Below, piece by piece: positions 43,175 through 55,100 of a stretch of DNA of 64,000 nucleotides. Position 1 is the first letter of the stretch, and the number at the start of each line of letters is the position of its first letter. Made by a program: the position numbers and the translations under genes. Below the pieces are notes generated by a model that saw only the letters and a list, made by a program, of their open reading frames with translations, ran no database searches and was not told where the DNA came from. The DNA is taken from contig NC_067399.1 of NCBI RefSeq assembly GCF_016432865.1, positions 42,842,001 to 42,906,000 of the forward strand. Direction: 5' to 3'. This stretch comes from Antechinus flavipes. Taxonomy: Eukaryota.

Positions 43175-46100
43175 CTGCGCAACAAGAGCCACCCTGAGAG
43201 GAAGGCTGGGCCTCCCCAGGGTGCCTGGCCCCGCCCCCACCTCTGCCCCCCGGGGCCCATGGGCCCGTCTTCACTGTCCCCAAGGTCACAAACACAGGGG
43301 TCCCCCTGCTCAGTGCGGGGGTACAGAGGGTCGGCCCCCTCCCTGTCCCCAAGGAGCTTATTTCGGTCCGACGGCAGCTCCAGCCGCTCCCACCAAGTCC
43401 ATCTAGGGCGGGCCGGCCCCCTCCACACGGCTCTGGCCAAAGTGAACGGGGCATTTCTGGTGAAAAATGGAACCAGTTCCGCCTGAAGTAGGTTCAGGCG
43501 GTGAAGAAACAGTGGAGAGGGATGGAGAGGGATGGAGCCGGCTGCCACCGGGGCAGCAGCGTCGGAGCGGTGCCAGAAAGCCCAGACGGCACACGGAGCT
43601 TCTTACCTGGCCGGCTCTAGGACCCTGGTCAACTCCCGTCCCCTCTGCCTGCCTCAGTCTGCTCATCTGTAAAATGGGGATAAGGAGGGCCCCTCCTGCC
43701 CCAGGCTGTGCGGGGAGAAGGAGCCGGCACCGGTGACACCCCCTCCCCACCCACCCCCGAGCCCGAAGGCGTTCCATGGTCCTGCCGTGTCTGGAGAGCA
43801 GCCTCCCGGGGACCTGGCCTCCGCACCCCGGGGCAGCCTTACCTCCCAGCCGGTCTCGCCGCTGATCCATGCGCTCCAGACTCTCGAGCAGACTGTCCAC
43901 CTGGGCTTTGATCTGGCTCAGCTCCCCCTTGATCGAGTGCAGCTCCTCAGCTCTTACTGTGCGGGGACAGGGGGTTCAGGGGCCGGCGGGAGGGGAAGGC
44001 CGTCTGGGTCGTGGCTCCCGGCACGCCCCCCCCCCGCCCCATCTCCCCACTCACACTTTGTCCGGACAGGGGGTGGGTTGTTGCTTCGTGGGGGGATGTG
44101 GGGATTGAGGCCACTCTTGCCCCCTGTTCCCATGTGAGTCCGTCTGCTCTTGACAGGCGCTCGGTTGATAAGTGGGGGGATCCTCTGATACTCATAGACC
44201 CTAAAAAACAGCGGGGGCGCCCTGGATGGAGCTCAAGCCTCAGCACAGCCTCGGGGCCGGCCCAGCGGGTGCCCCTCCCAGCAGAGCCCCAGGAAGGGGC
44301 TCTCGAGCCGAGGGGGAAGCACTCACCTGTAGGGGAAGTCTTCCCGATACAGCTCGTAGTTCAGGTCACAGTTACTGCTGCGGAGGAAACGGCAAACACC
44401 AAGGTCACCATCACCCGGGGGCTCCCCGAGCCGGCCCCCAAGTCAGGGACACCCGGGACCACAGGCGGGACAGGGCCCAGCAGCTCTGGCCGGAGCCGCC
44501 CGGCTTCCTCCTGGCCTTCAGGTTCTGGCTGGCCGCGCCACCAGCTCTGGTTCAACTTCTTTCCCGACCCAAAAGGGCGCTTCCCTCCTTTCCTCCTCAC
44601 CCACCTAGGGCAGGATCCCCCTTGTTCCTAGTACTCCCGGCCCCCATCACTGCCAGGTTGTTGTCCTCTTTGGGGGAGCACAGCAGGAGGGCGCAGGCTA
44701 TCGGGCAAGGAAGGAAGCCCAGGGGAAAGGCCTGCGCCTAGGGGCTAGTCGGCAGCAGACACCCCACGATGCGGGGGGTCCCACAGACGCCAAGCAGAAC
44801 CAAGAACAAGAGCTGAGCGAGCGCGGCAGCAAAGGGGCGGAAGCCCCGGGCCGAGGCTCCCCTGAGATAGAAGGAAAGACCGGGGAGCACAGGAGGCACC
44901 GACATCCCAATCTCAGCGGGGGGAGAGCCCCATCGTGCCCCAGGAATGGGCTCTCCTTTACCACCCACGGTCACAGTCTGAGCTACTGACTCCGGGCTGG
45001 CAAAGCTACAGAGCCGGACCCCCGCAGAGCCAGCCCATGGCAACCGTCACATGCTCCGCGGACGAGTGTGGGGAGTACAGAGAAACTGAAAAGATCTTAA
45101 AGAAGCAATGAAAAGTGGAAAAAAGCAGAAAGATAGAGAAAAGGGGAAAAGCAGGGGAAAGCTGGAAGTATCTGGGACTTTAGCTTGCATGGAAGCTGCT
45201 ATCCCGTAAATGTGGCTGTCTGTCTGCCCACAGCCCCATTTCTAGTTCAGGAGGCAGCTGAGGGAGGGGGGAGGGCGGGAAGCAAAGTCCACAAGATTCA
45301 AGTTCAGCCTCAGACAGACTTGTTTCAGCCGGGTGACTATGGGCAGGGCACCTCACCCAGTCTGCCTCAGTTTCCTCATCTGTAAAATGAACTGGACAAG
45401 GAAATGGCAAGCCACTCCAAGAAAACCCCAAATGGGGTTGAGTTGAACATAAATAAGAGTTTAAAAGAGAGATTGTTCACATGTCCTTAACAGCAAAATG
45501 GAGCAAGAAGAGGAGCAAGAGGTCAGGGAGGGAGCAAATTTAAAACTAAGACGATAAGCCAGAGATCAAACTAAGCCCCATCTCCTCCAGGAGGCCTCTC
45601 CAAGGGGCCAGTGCTGGGAGCAAAGGGCAAAGGCTATTTCTAATCAACATGGAAGGGAAAAGAATGTCCCATCCCTCACTCAGACCCCAAACCATCATTC
45701 ACCGGGCTGGGCAGAATAGGGCCATCGAAGGGATTCCCACCAGGGCTAATCACGTCTGGTTCCCAAGGCCGCTACAGTCTGGAGAACAGACAGCAGCTGG
45801 AGCGCAGCAACAAGGGGATGGGGATGCAGCGAGGGAGTCCGTCTGTACCGCTGACCCAGGAGAACAAACCTTGGGGGCTTCCTTTGCTCACCAAGAGACA
45901 AAACACAAAGTGCGCTGCAGCCCCAGCGCCGAGGAGAAACTCGGGCCCCAAGGAGGCTCCCGGCCGCTCAGAGGAGCACGGAAAGCTTCCGGCCCGAGAG
46001 AGCGGAGGCAGCAGCCGGCGGCCCACGGCCCGGCAGGCTCCGCTGAGCTTCCCCCCTTTTATTCTGGCTTATGAGGAGGGACCTCGGCAGGAGAGCCGGC

Positions 46101-49100
46101 CCTGGCCAACACACCAGCCCCAGAACAGGCGGGCCGGGCGGGGACATGATCTGACGGGCCCCCGCTCGGGGGGTCCAGCCTCCGGAACCGATGAAGATGC
46201 TAACCTAGGGAACCGAGGCTGCTTTTTAGAGTGCGACCAAATGGAGCCGTCAGCCAGGGGCAGGGGCTGGACAGCAGGCCCGAGTGGCAGGGGGAGCTCC
46301 GGAAGGCAGCTTTCAGCCAGGCTCAAAGAGCCACGAGGGCCGGGCTTCCTCTGGAAGCCGGGCAGGGCCAGGCCCCCGGCATCATCCCTGCTTTTAAGAA
46401 GCAAGACCAGAAATGACAGAAGCTTAAAAAAAGAGAAAGAAAATAAATAGAAGCAATGGCAGCACCTCCAGCAACAGCCCCTGCCCAGGCCCCTGCCTCA
46501 TGGGGGGATGTCCCAGCACACCAGAGGCTGCTCCCCCTCCCCCCTCCCTGAGTGAGGGCAAGCTGGAAGACTGGGAGATTCCAGGGGAAAAGCAGAAGGA
46601 ACAATGGGGCCTGCTGACTTGGGAAGTCAACCAAGGCGCAGCCCCCAAGACCCGGCCTGAGCGCCCCCTTCTGGTCCCCACTGCAGCGGCAGAGGCCAGC
46701 CCCTGCCCTTCCCCCACTCCCCCCCACATGGCTGCAGACCCACAGGCCGACAGCAGGGGGCCTCAGGCGCACTACTTGGGCAGCTGTGAGCCAGGGCCGG
46801 GGCAGCTGGCGCATTGGTGGTTCAGTGGTAGAATTCTCGCCTGCCACGCGGGAGGCCCGGGTTCGATTCCCGGCCAATGCAGGGCCCTCAAGCCTTTTAG
46901 GGGCTTTTCTCACTCTGCACGGACCACAGAGTCTAAATTTAGTCTCTGGAGTTTAAGATAAAAGCATCATTCCCTTAACTGGGCCCAGGGACTCCCACGG
47001 GCCGGCCCCAAAGCTGAGCAGGGGGATGCCCAAAGTCATCCGGCTCTACTCTGTGGGCAGGGCCCCCTCCTCAGCAAAGCCTGGCCCAGGACCCCCGAGC
47101 CAAGAGCGCGCCTTCCCCCAGGAGCTCACAACCTAACTGGGGAGACGCAAACTCGGCCCAGGGAAGCCCTGCCATTAAGCATGGCTGGGACAGGTTTTAG
47201 CGGGAGCCCGAAGGAAGCCAGGGAAGTGCAGAGGGGAGAGTTCTGTCTGGGAGAGACGCTGCCAGGAGGCAGGCCGCTAGGCGGGAGAAGGCGACAGAGG
47301 CAGGAGGGGCTGCGATGGAGAAAAGGGGCCTCTGGAGCGGGCCGAGGTGCCCTGGGCAGACCCGCACTTCAGGAAAACCCTTGGGCTGGAAGGAGGAGCA
47401 GCCGCTGGGGCGGGCCAGGGCAGTGTCTGGAGAGGAGAGCTTGGATACAGGAGGGGCTGAGAGTCTCCGGGACTCGGCAGTAACAGGGGAGGCGGGGGCA
47501 GGGAGGGGTTGAGTCTCCCTTGTCTACTGGACTTTGAGTTTGAGACACCCGCAAGGCAGGCAGAGATGCCGGATCGGGTCAGCAGAGAGATTGCAGAAGG
47601 ACAAGGAGGTCTGAGAATCTTCCACCAAGAGACGGGAGTTAAATTTGGACATCAGTCAGCAGCTGCGCTCTACCCAAGCAACAGCTCTGAACCTGACCCG
47701 GGAGAGTTCCAATTCACCAGGGGGGATCAGCACTTCTCTGACGTGAACTAGAGACCTGATCTGACGTGGATGAATGTGAATCACAGTCTTCATGATTCTG
47801 AACCTACCACATCTACTATAGGGCTGCTGATTTCCCACAAAAAAAGAGAGAAAAAGGAGAAATGTGGATATACGGATATCTCTTGGCCAAGTCCATCTTT
47901 CCCTGACCCTTCAATCATCTCATTTCCCCCCCTTTAATCCTACATTGGTAAAGACTGTAAGTTCCATAAAGAGAGAATCATAACTTACCTAAAATTTGAA
48001 TCTCTCCCAATGTTACAATGCCCAAACACAGCAGGTACGTAAAAAATGGTGGATAAATCAAAGAGAAAATGCCAAGTGGTCTTCACCAATTCGAGGTGGA
48101 AGGCCTTGCGGAGATCTCTCCCATTGTCAGGTTCCCCACCCTCTATTCCTTCTTCCTGCTTTTCTGATCCCACCCCACAGGGAGATCAGTGGAGGCTCCG
48201 AGCTTTAAGGAGAGCACCTTGAAGGATGATGTGGAGAATAACCCAAATAAACAGGACAGGAGAAATGATGGGGAGAGGTGAGCTGGGGCTATGGAGAATG
48301 GCAGACAGCAGCACTTAACAGCTTTTTGGGTGTCACCAAGATGGGACCAATGAAACAATAGGTCCAGAGCTACCTGGCTGGAGCTGGCCCCATTACTGAT
48401 GGAGGAAAAGGGAGCTGCCAGCAACAGCATTCATGAGACAGAAAGCAGACCTCTCCCTCTTCAGGCCAGAGCACTCCTGGACCATCCCCATGGCAACAAG
48501 CTAAGTAATTAGGCCCCTGAGCAGCTCCCTGGGCTGGTTCTCCCTCCTTTTGCTTCCCTCCCCCTTCCGGCTCCCCCCCATCCCTTTTCTCAGCAGGAGG
48601 ATGCTCAGCCATGCCCCATCCCAAGCAAGACTCACCCAGCAGAGACCCGTGAATGCTATAGGTGGTCAGTGGGGGGTGACAAGCCTATGCCCACCTTCCT
48701 AGGGCAGGCTAGGGCCAGAGGTCATCTCCAGGCCACAGCCTTCACAAGCCATCAGTCCCCAACTTTGGCCTGGTTCTGGCTAGCAGACTCCTCTGGGTCC
48801 CCGAGAAGCCAGGGTGATAGGGAAGGATTGACAGAAAGCCCAGCTTTGTGCTGCATCACCCCGGGGGGATTCCGTGCTGGCTCAAGAGGATGGAGTGGAG
48901 CCTCTGCGTCCCTAGCTGGTCTGAGGCATGGGTCCAGACCCAGTGGAATGAGTGGCCCCCCAGCCTCCCCCAGCCCCACTCTCCTTGGGCCCTTTGGCCA
49001 GCTTGTCCCCAAAGCTCTGAAAGAGACTCACTGGTAGAGGGTAGCGCTGTGCTGTCGCTTCTGGCCAGGCCGGGCCCGGCTCCCTTTGGGGTCTCTGGCC

Positions 49101-52100
49101 ATGTCTAAATCTAGAGAAAAGGAGGGAGAAAGAGCAGTTAGAAGCACGAGAAAGCAGGCTAGCTAGTGGGTAGGCAAGGCTATTAAGGAGAGGGAAAGAA
49201 GTCCAGCAAAGAAACCTTAACTTTAAAAATGCCTAAAGATGCCAGAGGTGGAGACTTCAGCCCAAAGCGGCCTTGCACCCTCAGTCCTCCTTGGGGACCT
49301 GGACCAGGGCCACCCCAACCCAAAAAGACTTAGGTTCTGGGATATGAGACCTACATTTGCTTCCACAAGACCTTGCAGGAAAAGCTGAGTTCAGAAAAGA
49401 TTCTTCAGGAGCAACAAAAGGTGTTTCCTCCCCAATCTAAAGTAAGGGGCCTACAGCTCTCCTCTCCCAGGCTCTGGAACCAAAGGACAGGTGAGAAGTA
49501 TCATCTAAACCTTCTGTGCTCTGGGGGAGAAAAAGGCTCAGGAGCTCCTGGGACCCCATCCCTCTCCAAGCAGGCTTCTGGGGCAAATAGAAGAGGCCTG
49601 GAAATCTGCCACCCCCCAAAGGGGCAGAACAGGCCACAACTTGCCAGTGGTTCGCTGTATCCTGTTAGCAAGCGTAAGGTTCAATCAAGTGCTGAAACCC
49701 CCTGGAGAGTCTCACCAAGTGCATACTGACCCAGACACTAAAGCTTGGGGTTCTGGGGGAGGAGCCAGAGAGAAATTAGAGGGGGATTTAGAACATCTGT
49801 TTTTAAACTCTCTTCCTGGTCTTTAGTGAAATAAATTCAACAAACTGACAATTCAAGTAGAAGTCCCCAATTAATCTGGATTTGTTTTAAAGATCCACAA
49901 GTTCAAAGCTGTAAAGGATGTTAAAAGATTATCTAATCCAACTCCACTTTAAGACCACAAATGGAGACAAGATGCAGCAACTTGTCCAATGTCACACAAT
50001 TTAGTGACAAGAGCTGTGACATGTTTGCAATTAATTTTATTTTATTTTTAGCGCAGAATTCTCTTCCTCCCACCTCCACCTTATCCATTGAGAAAATACA
50101 AACAAAATGTACAGAAATGGATAGTCCAGAAAAAACCACATGTCCAGGTTGGCCCCTACCTCCCGGCCATCACCTCAGTCAAGAAGTGACAGCAGGCAGC
50201 ACCGGGCACCCTGTGAGGACTCCCCAAGTCTTTACAATGTTGCTCAACCTCTCTCTTAGTCGTTCTCCTGGGCCGGCTTTGCATCAGTTCATACAAGACT
50301 TCCTTGGGTTTCTCAAGAAACGTCCCCTTCTTCATTTCTTATGGTGCAACACACTCCATCACAGTCAAACACCCCAGTTGATGGGCATCCCCTTGATCCC
50401 AACTCTGCTGCCCCAGAGCTGCTCCATGTGGGGCTTTTCTTCCGCCTCTGGTCAGAGCTGTGACTGAAGCCAGATCTGACTCCAGTTCTTGCTACTAGAC
50501 ACCTTACTTTATACTTAAAATCACTTTAAAGGAACTGCCATACCAAGAATTATCTTTAAAAGATTATTGGCATGCTGTAAATTGGTTATAAGGAACAGGA
50601 AAAAACGCTGCCCTGGGTATCCATCAGCCAACAAGCACCTGCTAAACACTTACCATGTCCCAGGCAATCCTAAACATGGGCTACAACAAATAATGTTCTC
50701 ACCCTCAAGGAGCTCACGTTCTAAGGACACGATCTATACAGCATGATAGGATGGTGATCTTTGAAGGAGGAGGGAGCCTGAGCCAAGGTCTGAAGGAAAC
50801 CAGACAAGTCAGGAGTGGTGAGAAGAAGCCAGAGCAAAGCCCCAGAGCCCAGCCTAGCACCGACCAAGGCAAGGAGGCTGGAGGCAAGGGCTGCCCAAGA
50901 AGTCTGGGGAGGTCCCTGTGAAGGCCGTGGCTGTGGGAGTAAAAAAGGTGGAAATGGGGAAGGTTTGGAGGGAACCTAAGGTGTGCAGGCCCCCAAGCTT
51001 CAATGAAGAATGGAACAAACGGCTTGGAGCAGGAGGCTCTACCTGAGCAAGTCGCTAAGAACAACAGATGTGAAGCTTTCTCCAACAAAGCACAAAGCAC
51101 TCTGCTTCCCCCACCATACATCAAGTGCAAGGCACAGAACAAGCAACATCAGCAAGAAAACTTGCCAGCAGCCTTGTCCAGAGGGAAGCCATACAATTTC
51201 CAGACATCAACCAAAGACTCCATTCAGTAAACATGGACATGAGTCTTTCTAATTTCCTTTTTCATAGTCACAACAGTCCTGCAAGAGGAGAAAATTCTTC
51301 AGAGTGCCAGTTAGTCGAGACCTCCCCTCCCTCCGAGAAGATGGGACTTAGGAGACCAAAGCAGGCAGCACGCCTAAGGATGGGAGCAGCCTCCCCACCA
51401 TTCACTGGGCCCAAACATCATCCTGCATCCCAACACGGGGCGGGTGGATGTCACTCAGAGTCCTTTGGCCAGCAATGTCATATGGGAACCAAGAATTTCC
51501 CAGTCTCCGATCACCATCAGCCTGCTTCAGTCTCCTGACCATCCCACCGCCACACTCATTTAGATGCTCATTCTCACAGAACTTATTACAAGAGTCTCTT
51601 AACTGGTCTCTAACTCTTTACTCTCCACTTTCCAATCCAACCTCCCTTCAATACGTGAAGCAGAGTGGGGCACATGGTTCCTCTGCACGAGAGCCCAGGT
51701 GCAAAGCCAGGTCCTGACTCCAAGGCACACCCTTCTTTGGGGCAAATATAAAAGTGGATTCCAAAGGAAAAAGAAAACCAGCAGGTGGAACTCCAAGCAA
51801 GCTGAATTGTTCTACATCTCCTTTTACTGGGTTTTCTGAGGACTCTAAGTGCAGGCGTTCCAGGGCAGCAGGGCCCCACAAGCGCTAGGCAAAAACCCCA
51901 GATGTGGGGAGAATACCTACCTCCAGAGATAGAAGGAACAGTGTGTTCCTGAGCGAGCGAGCAGGGCCACAGAGAAAGTCCCCAGAGAACCGACACTGTG
52001 CAGCCTCGTTATGGGGACCCACGCCTCTGCTGCCCCACACCTCTGCTGCCCTCCTTTCAAATGCAGGATTCCCGCAACTTGTCTTTACATCTTCCTAGAA

Positions 52101-55100
52101 TTCCAACTCTGTCCCAGATCCTACCTGTCTACAGACATGTAGGTGCGTCTTTTTCTAATTTATTTTTTCCTAAGTCACAACAGCTCTTGAACCTACCCCT
52201 AGAGAGAGATTAAGCTGTCTAAGGAATCCTCTATTGACCGTCTACATCTGACTTAATGATTTGGTGCTGCTTTGACCAACGAATGAACCAATGGGGAAAG
52301 GAGTGAGAACCAGCAGGGCTGCTGGATGATTAAATTTTTAACTACTGCAACTTAAGACCTGTAGCTCAGATGGAGAGGGGTTGCTGCCTTTGCTAGTCAA
52401 GGCATCTGCAAGCAAGCCTTTTAATGGTGACTCTCCTCTCCAAATATCTGAGCAGCCAACATGGAGAGGGGAGGACAAAGTTATGTTTGGGCCAGGTGCC
52501 AAAAGTGGCTACCTAAAATGCAAGTATCAAGAGGTGAGTTGAGGCTTATAGCAGAGAAAACAGGACTATTTAAAAGTGAATGTGCTGCCTTGAGAATAGG
52601 CTTCAGAAATCTTTAAGGCTGAATGAGGATCGCTTCGATAACTTATTTTAAAAAATTTTTCCTGTCTTTTTGTTTTCAGACCCATCATCTCCAAACACAT
52701 TTCCCCAGTATCAACCACACAGGGACCCCTTCTAACCAGGGATGCCATTAAAACATAAGGGGCTCTCTACTTTTCTGCCAAAAAGAGGAATATTTCATCC
52801 TTTGTTCCCTGGTACCATAAAATCACCGAGTTTAGCTTTTTCTTTCCATAATTAGGGTCACTGTTCTCCTGGTTGCTCTTGTGTAAGCACACTGGTGGGG
52901 CCTCAGGACCTATAGAGCTTATGGGACAGCTACCCTTAAGCTCTAGAATCCAAATCAACAGCCACTCTTCTAGGGGACCCTAATCTCCAAGCATGAAAAT
53001 CACATGAGATGCAGAGGGAGTGAGCCTAGAGGAGACAAGAGCCCAGAAAGACTGTTAGGGTAGTCAACACCCATGCTCTGATAATTTGGTATTTGTCTTA
53101 AGAGTCAGTTTTTGAAGGAGGGAAACAGCCAGATCTGTGATTTCACTGGTAAAAAACTGTTAAACTCCCAATGCAGATCAGCAACTGCTCTGTAGTTTCA
53201 GAGAATTAGTTTCCTCCTCTTGTGGCACAATAATCCATTCCATAATCAACAAAACTTGGTTTAATTTTTCTCCAATTCATGTGGACTCACTTTTGTTTCA
53301 AGTTTTTTACTACCATAAAAAAGTGTTTTTAATATGCACATATATATTGGGGCTTTCTGTGACTGCCTTGATGTGTGACCCCAAAGTGAGATTTGTGGGA
53401 TTAAAGATCAAGTTTAGAGCCTTTTCTCCTAGAATTTCAAACCATCTTCAAGAACAATGAGTCAATTCACAGCTTCATCAACATTTGTGTTTGATTCCCA
53501 CAGCCCCTCCAATACTTTTCATCTTTGACACTTTGTTGGGTATGAGACTAAAGCCCCACAATTCTCCTAATGTATATTCTTTTAGCGTAATCTAGACTGA
53601 TTTCTCACGTGACTGATTACTTACGGCTCTTGAAAACTGCATTTATATCTTATGACTTTGTGTATTTGTTTCAAATAACAGCTGGAACAGCCACAGATTC
53701 TAATTTAGAGAAGCCTTTTCTCTCATATTTTGGAGCTGTCTGACTTCTGCATGTGTCCCTGGTAGTCTCAGGGCTAGTCCAACCATAAAACTCAGTGTGT
53801 TCCTAACCTCCCTTCCTAGCCCGGCCTTGAAGGAATTTCAGAGCACTATTCCCAGTCATTCCATCATCTTCAAAGTTCACTGGTTAAATCCAGCCTCAAA
53901 AACTGTACTTCTCAATAGACCTACCTCAATGATGGAGATGGGGAAGGAAGGCAAAAGGTAGTGGGACCAAGTTGAGCTTTAGTTCCCTTCTCAAGAGGTA
54001 AACATGTCAATTCACATTAGCAAGTGCCTCCCACTTGGCCAAATACTTCCACACCCATGGTCTTCTACATGATCTTGACCACCCCGTGAAGCCAGCAGCA
54101 CCCTTTCGCTACGCCATCTCCTTTTGTTAGATTTCTATCCTATCTAGGGCTTCTCTGTCCTTATGTTTGCTTGTCGTCTTCCACATTAGATTGTGATCTC
54201 CTTGAGGGCAGTCTCCTGCCTTTCTTTGTACAGGGCAGCCAGGTTGATGGGAGAGAGCTTTGCCAATCTTAGAACACTATGTAAGTGGTGATATGCCAGC
54301 ATCCTGCCCGCTCTGTGCCAGGCTATGCCTCCCTGCTCCCAGCCAGCCCCAAGACCCAGAGGCAGAGGTGCTCCAAGCCCAGCAGGCCTTCCTTAACCCC
54401 CCTGCCCCGACCCTTGACACTTCAAGGAGGGACAGTCTAGACCCGAGAAGAAGGGATGGGAGGCCCAGGGCAGGTGCACAGAGAGAACTGCGCTGACTGC
54501 CTGGGGTCTGGCTGCCTCAGGGACTGATCTGCCCTTCACTTCTTGCCCATCCTTCTGCTGGCTCTGTTGCCTGACCCTGATGTGAGCAAGCAAGCAGAAG
54601 AGCCTCAATTAACTCAAGCGAGCTCTCCCTTAGCTATGCACTGTGGAGTGGACAGTGTTCTTAACTGGAGTAAGGAAGACTTGGATTCAAATCCTAGCTC
54701 AGAGATCCTGATCATGTCCCCGAACTCCTCAGCCTCGGTTTCCTCACCTGTAACTGAGGGCTGGGAGGAAGGATAAGACCCCTTCCAGCTCTGTTTGTGA
54801 GCGCAGGCCCTGGGACACGGTGGGATGAATGTGCAGACCTTCGCATCTCAAAGACCATCCACCAAGCTGGAGAGGGGCTGGTCACCCCCGAGGAGGCCAC
54901 ACAGGTGACAGACCAAACAATGCTCCCCACTCACCGCCTTCCTCCCGTCAGCCTCACACTTAGGTCTGAACGTCGGGTAGAGATCTGATTTCCACATCTG
55001 TCCAGCTCCTCACAAATATCAAGGGGACATGTTTCAGATGCCTCTGAACTTCCCCGGGCAGGGGGCACACAGGACAATCCCGGCCACACTTCAGAGGCTG

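Noticed and set aside
43479-43501. 9-bp hairpin ccgcctgaa-gtagg-ttcaggcgg
   Set aside because: Short stem expected by chance in 64 kb; no RNA family context.
42817-43548. 243-aa minus-strand ORF
   Set aside because: Overlaps the acidic exon in a different frame with no family similarity; consistent with GC-rich chance.
47739-47769. Two TGACGTG(A/G) UPRE/CRE-like motifs
   Set aside because: Short motifs away from any promoter; no supporting evidence.
47985-48173. 62-aa minus ORF ending at an AG|GTAAGT donor
   Set aside because: No pyrimidine-rich acceptor downstream of the in-frame stop, and no family similarity.
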